From a bacterium (GTDB taxonomy: Bacteria > JACRDZ01 > JAQUKH01): DNA of 47,700 nt. Location: positions 1-47,700 of the forward strand of contig JAQUKH010000022.1 in NCBI GenBank assembly GCA_028719205.1, read 5' to 3'. Under the pieces are notes generated by a model. It searched no databases. It saw only the letters and a program-made list of their open reading frames with translations, and was not told the DNA's origin. This document shows positions 45,908-47,700 of the stretch, one piece after another; position 1 is the first letter of the stretch; each line of letters opens with the position of its first letter. The position numbers and the translations under genes are program-made.

Positions 45908-46984
45908 TTATTTGTCCGTCCATTTCAACATTATTAAGCTTAATGAGCCGAATAATATATTTGCGCCCCACGCGGAAACCATGGGATCAAGTACATCACT
46001 TCTTCCTAACGCCTTAAACAGGGCGATAACCCCCCAATAGATGAATCCGAAAAGAAGGCTTAATCCAACGGACAGGATAAATGTCCCTTTCCTGCCGGTT
46101 TTTAAGGCGAATGGTATTCCCAAAAGGACAATAAAAAAACTTGTAAAGGGATATGAAATTTTTGTGTATAATTCTATTATTTCTTTTTTGAATGCCAGGC
46201 CGCTGTTTTTCATTTTACGGACATATTCCCTAAGGTCAAAAAAAGACATTTCCATAGGATCTTTCTGTTTTCTGACAAAGTCTGAAGGGGTTTCCTTGAC
46301 TGGTACTTTTGCCGCCTTAAAAGATTCCGCTTTTTCTTTTTCATCAAATGTCCTTAAAAATCCATTTTCAAGTATCCAGTACTTTCCAAGCCATTTTGCG
46401 GAAGGCGCGTCATATCGTTTTATTAATTCAAAATTTTGATCAAATTCATATATGGTAAAACCATTAATTACACCCCGGTTTGGATCTATTTGTTTAATAA
46501 AATACATTTTTCCTGATTCATCATAATAGGAAACATTTTGTTTTATTTCGTCAGACATAAAAGTTCTTTTATAGATTTTCTGATTTTTTATTTCTTTAAA
46601 ATTCGCGTTGGAAATCGGAACCACTGTTTCATTAAAGATAAGCGCGCCGATACTAATGAAAAAACTAAAAAATAAAATAGGGGCGATCGTGCGGACAGTA
46701 TTCATACCGCTTACTTTGAATATTACCAATTCATTTTGGCGGCTTAGCCTGGAAAATGTGAGTTGAGTTGCGATCAGGCAAATGATCGGCAGTATTTCTA
46801 TAATGATCATCGGGAGTTCATAAATAAAAAAACTTATTGCGGTACTTAGCGGGACTTTGTTATCTATTAAAATATCAATATTCTCGAAAAGTTCAGCGGT
46901 TAAAAAGATAAGTATACCTGCCAGAAATGTATAACCTAACGGTTTAATATATTCACGGATTAAATACCGGTCTAATACAGTCAT
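45908..46984 (-). CDS. lptG: LPS export permease LptG
   Basis: LDRYLIRE, ELVIFKVSG, KISYPF, AWGANILF. Confidence 0.85.
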   Translation of the reverse strand: MTVLDRYLIREYIKPLGYTFLAGILIFLTAELFENIDILIDNKVPLSTAISFFIYELPMIIIEILPIICLIATQLTFSRLSRQNELVIFKVSGMNTVRTIAPILFFSFFISIGALIFNETVVPISNANFKEIKNQKIYKRTFMSDEIKQNVSYYDESGKMYFIKQIDPNRGVINGFTIYEFDQNFELIKRYDAPSAKWLGKYWILENGFLRTFDEKEKAESFKAAKVPVKETPSDFVRKQKDPMEMSFFDLREYVRKMKNSGLAFKKEIIELYTKISYPFTSFFIVLLGIPFALKTGRKGTFILSVGLSLLFGFIYWGVIALFKALGRSDVLDPMVSAWGANILFGSLSLIMLKWTDK

Positions 46985-47700
46985 TTTTTATCCTTTAAAA
47001 AAAACAATGGATTTTTCTCATAAATCGCTATAAAAAGCAAAATAAGCGCAATTATTCCCATAATAAGATTGGCAGACCACATGGACAAAAACGGGCTGAT
47101 TTTTTCTCTGTCGCCTAAGGTTTCGCCGCCTATTAAAAAAAGATAATAAACAAAACTTAAAAATATGCTTAAAAAAATTCCTATTGCCCGTCCGCTTTTT
47201 TTTGCCATTGCCCCTATGGGAAGGCCGATTATCGTGAAAATTGTGCAGGCAAACGCTATGGCTGATTTTTTATAATATTCTACCCACAGATATCCGGTTT
47301 TTAAATTTAGAGTTTTAGCTCTTTTGGCTTCTTCTTTTAATTCGCGCATACTCATTTCCCTGTCGCCTTTTCGAATATCGGCGGTTTGTCCCAGCATTTG
47401 GTTAATATCAATATTGATATTATAAACTTCAAAATCAATTTTATGATATATGGCCATATTTTTTTCATCACATTCGTGCGCGGTTCCGTTATAAAGTTTC
47501 ATCATTACCTTCCGTTCAGCGGAATTGGATATTAATTCAGCCTCTTTCGCGATAATAGTCTGGCGGGGTTTATTTGGTTCGAATTTTTGGATAAAAACAT
47601 TATATAATCTGGATTTATTTTCATCCATACTACCGATATAAATAAGCAACCCGTCAAAGTCGTCAATAAAAACCTTTTCTTTCATAACTACTTCCGCCTT
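46981..47700 (-). CDS. lptF: LPS export permease LptF, 3' part
   Basis: REMSMREL, EYYKKSAIAFAC, MWSANLI; adjacent to lptG; truncated by window edge. Confidence 0.8.
   Translation of the reverse strand, partial: KAEVVMKEKVFIDDFDGLLIYIGSMDENKSRLYNVFIQKFEPNKPRQTIIAKEAELISNSAERKVMMKLYNGTAHECDEKNMAIYHKIDFEVYNINIDINQMLGQTADIRKGDREMSMRELKEEAKRAKTLNLKTGYLWVEYYKKSAIAFACTIFTIIGLPIGAMAKKSGRAIGIFLSIFLSFVYYLFLIGGETLGDREKISPFLSMWSANLIMGIIALILLFIAIYEKNPLFFLKDKK

Overview
AT-rich bacterial chromosome segment from a diderm organism (lptF/lptG, beta-barrels, lipoproteins), probably an anaerobe given two superoxide reductases and many multiheme cytochromes. Positions ~1-39,165 form an accessory redox/stress island. 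It holds a porin-cytochrome cluster, a reduced ladderane-island-like lipid cluster, a GH15 hydrolase, Ku-LigD, two SOR proteins (one exported and fused to cytochrome c), a ~30-heme repeat cytochrome opposite a degenerate LexA-like repressor, four histidine kinases and four response regulators. The main non-coding signal is a ~60-bp promoter module found 10 times on the + strand: invariant AAGTCA in an A-tract direct repeat, at near-fixed spacing to -35/-10 hexamers. It heads most + strand operons of the island, and the likeliest cognate factor is the island's REC-AraC regulator (inference). Other signals are GC-rich palindromic mini-repeats in-frame in ku/ligD and an unannotated 39-aa membrane peptide. 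After a strong terminator come ppnP, a Fur-boxed fur-feoB(split)-dtxR/feoA operon, a nuclease, a lipoprotein/beta-barrel pair and lptGF. No rRNA, tRNA, CRISPR, integrase or transposase was seen. Family assignments are from motif recognition, not database searches.
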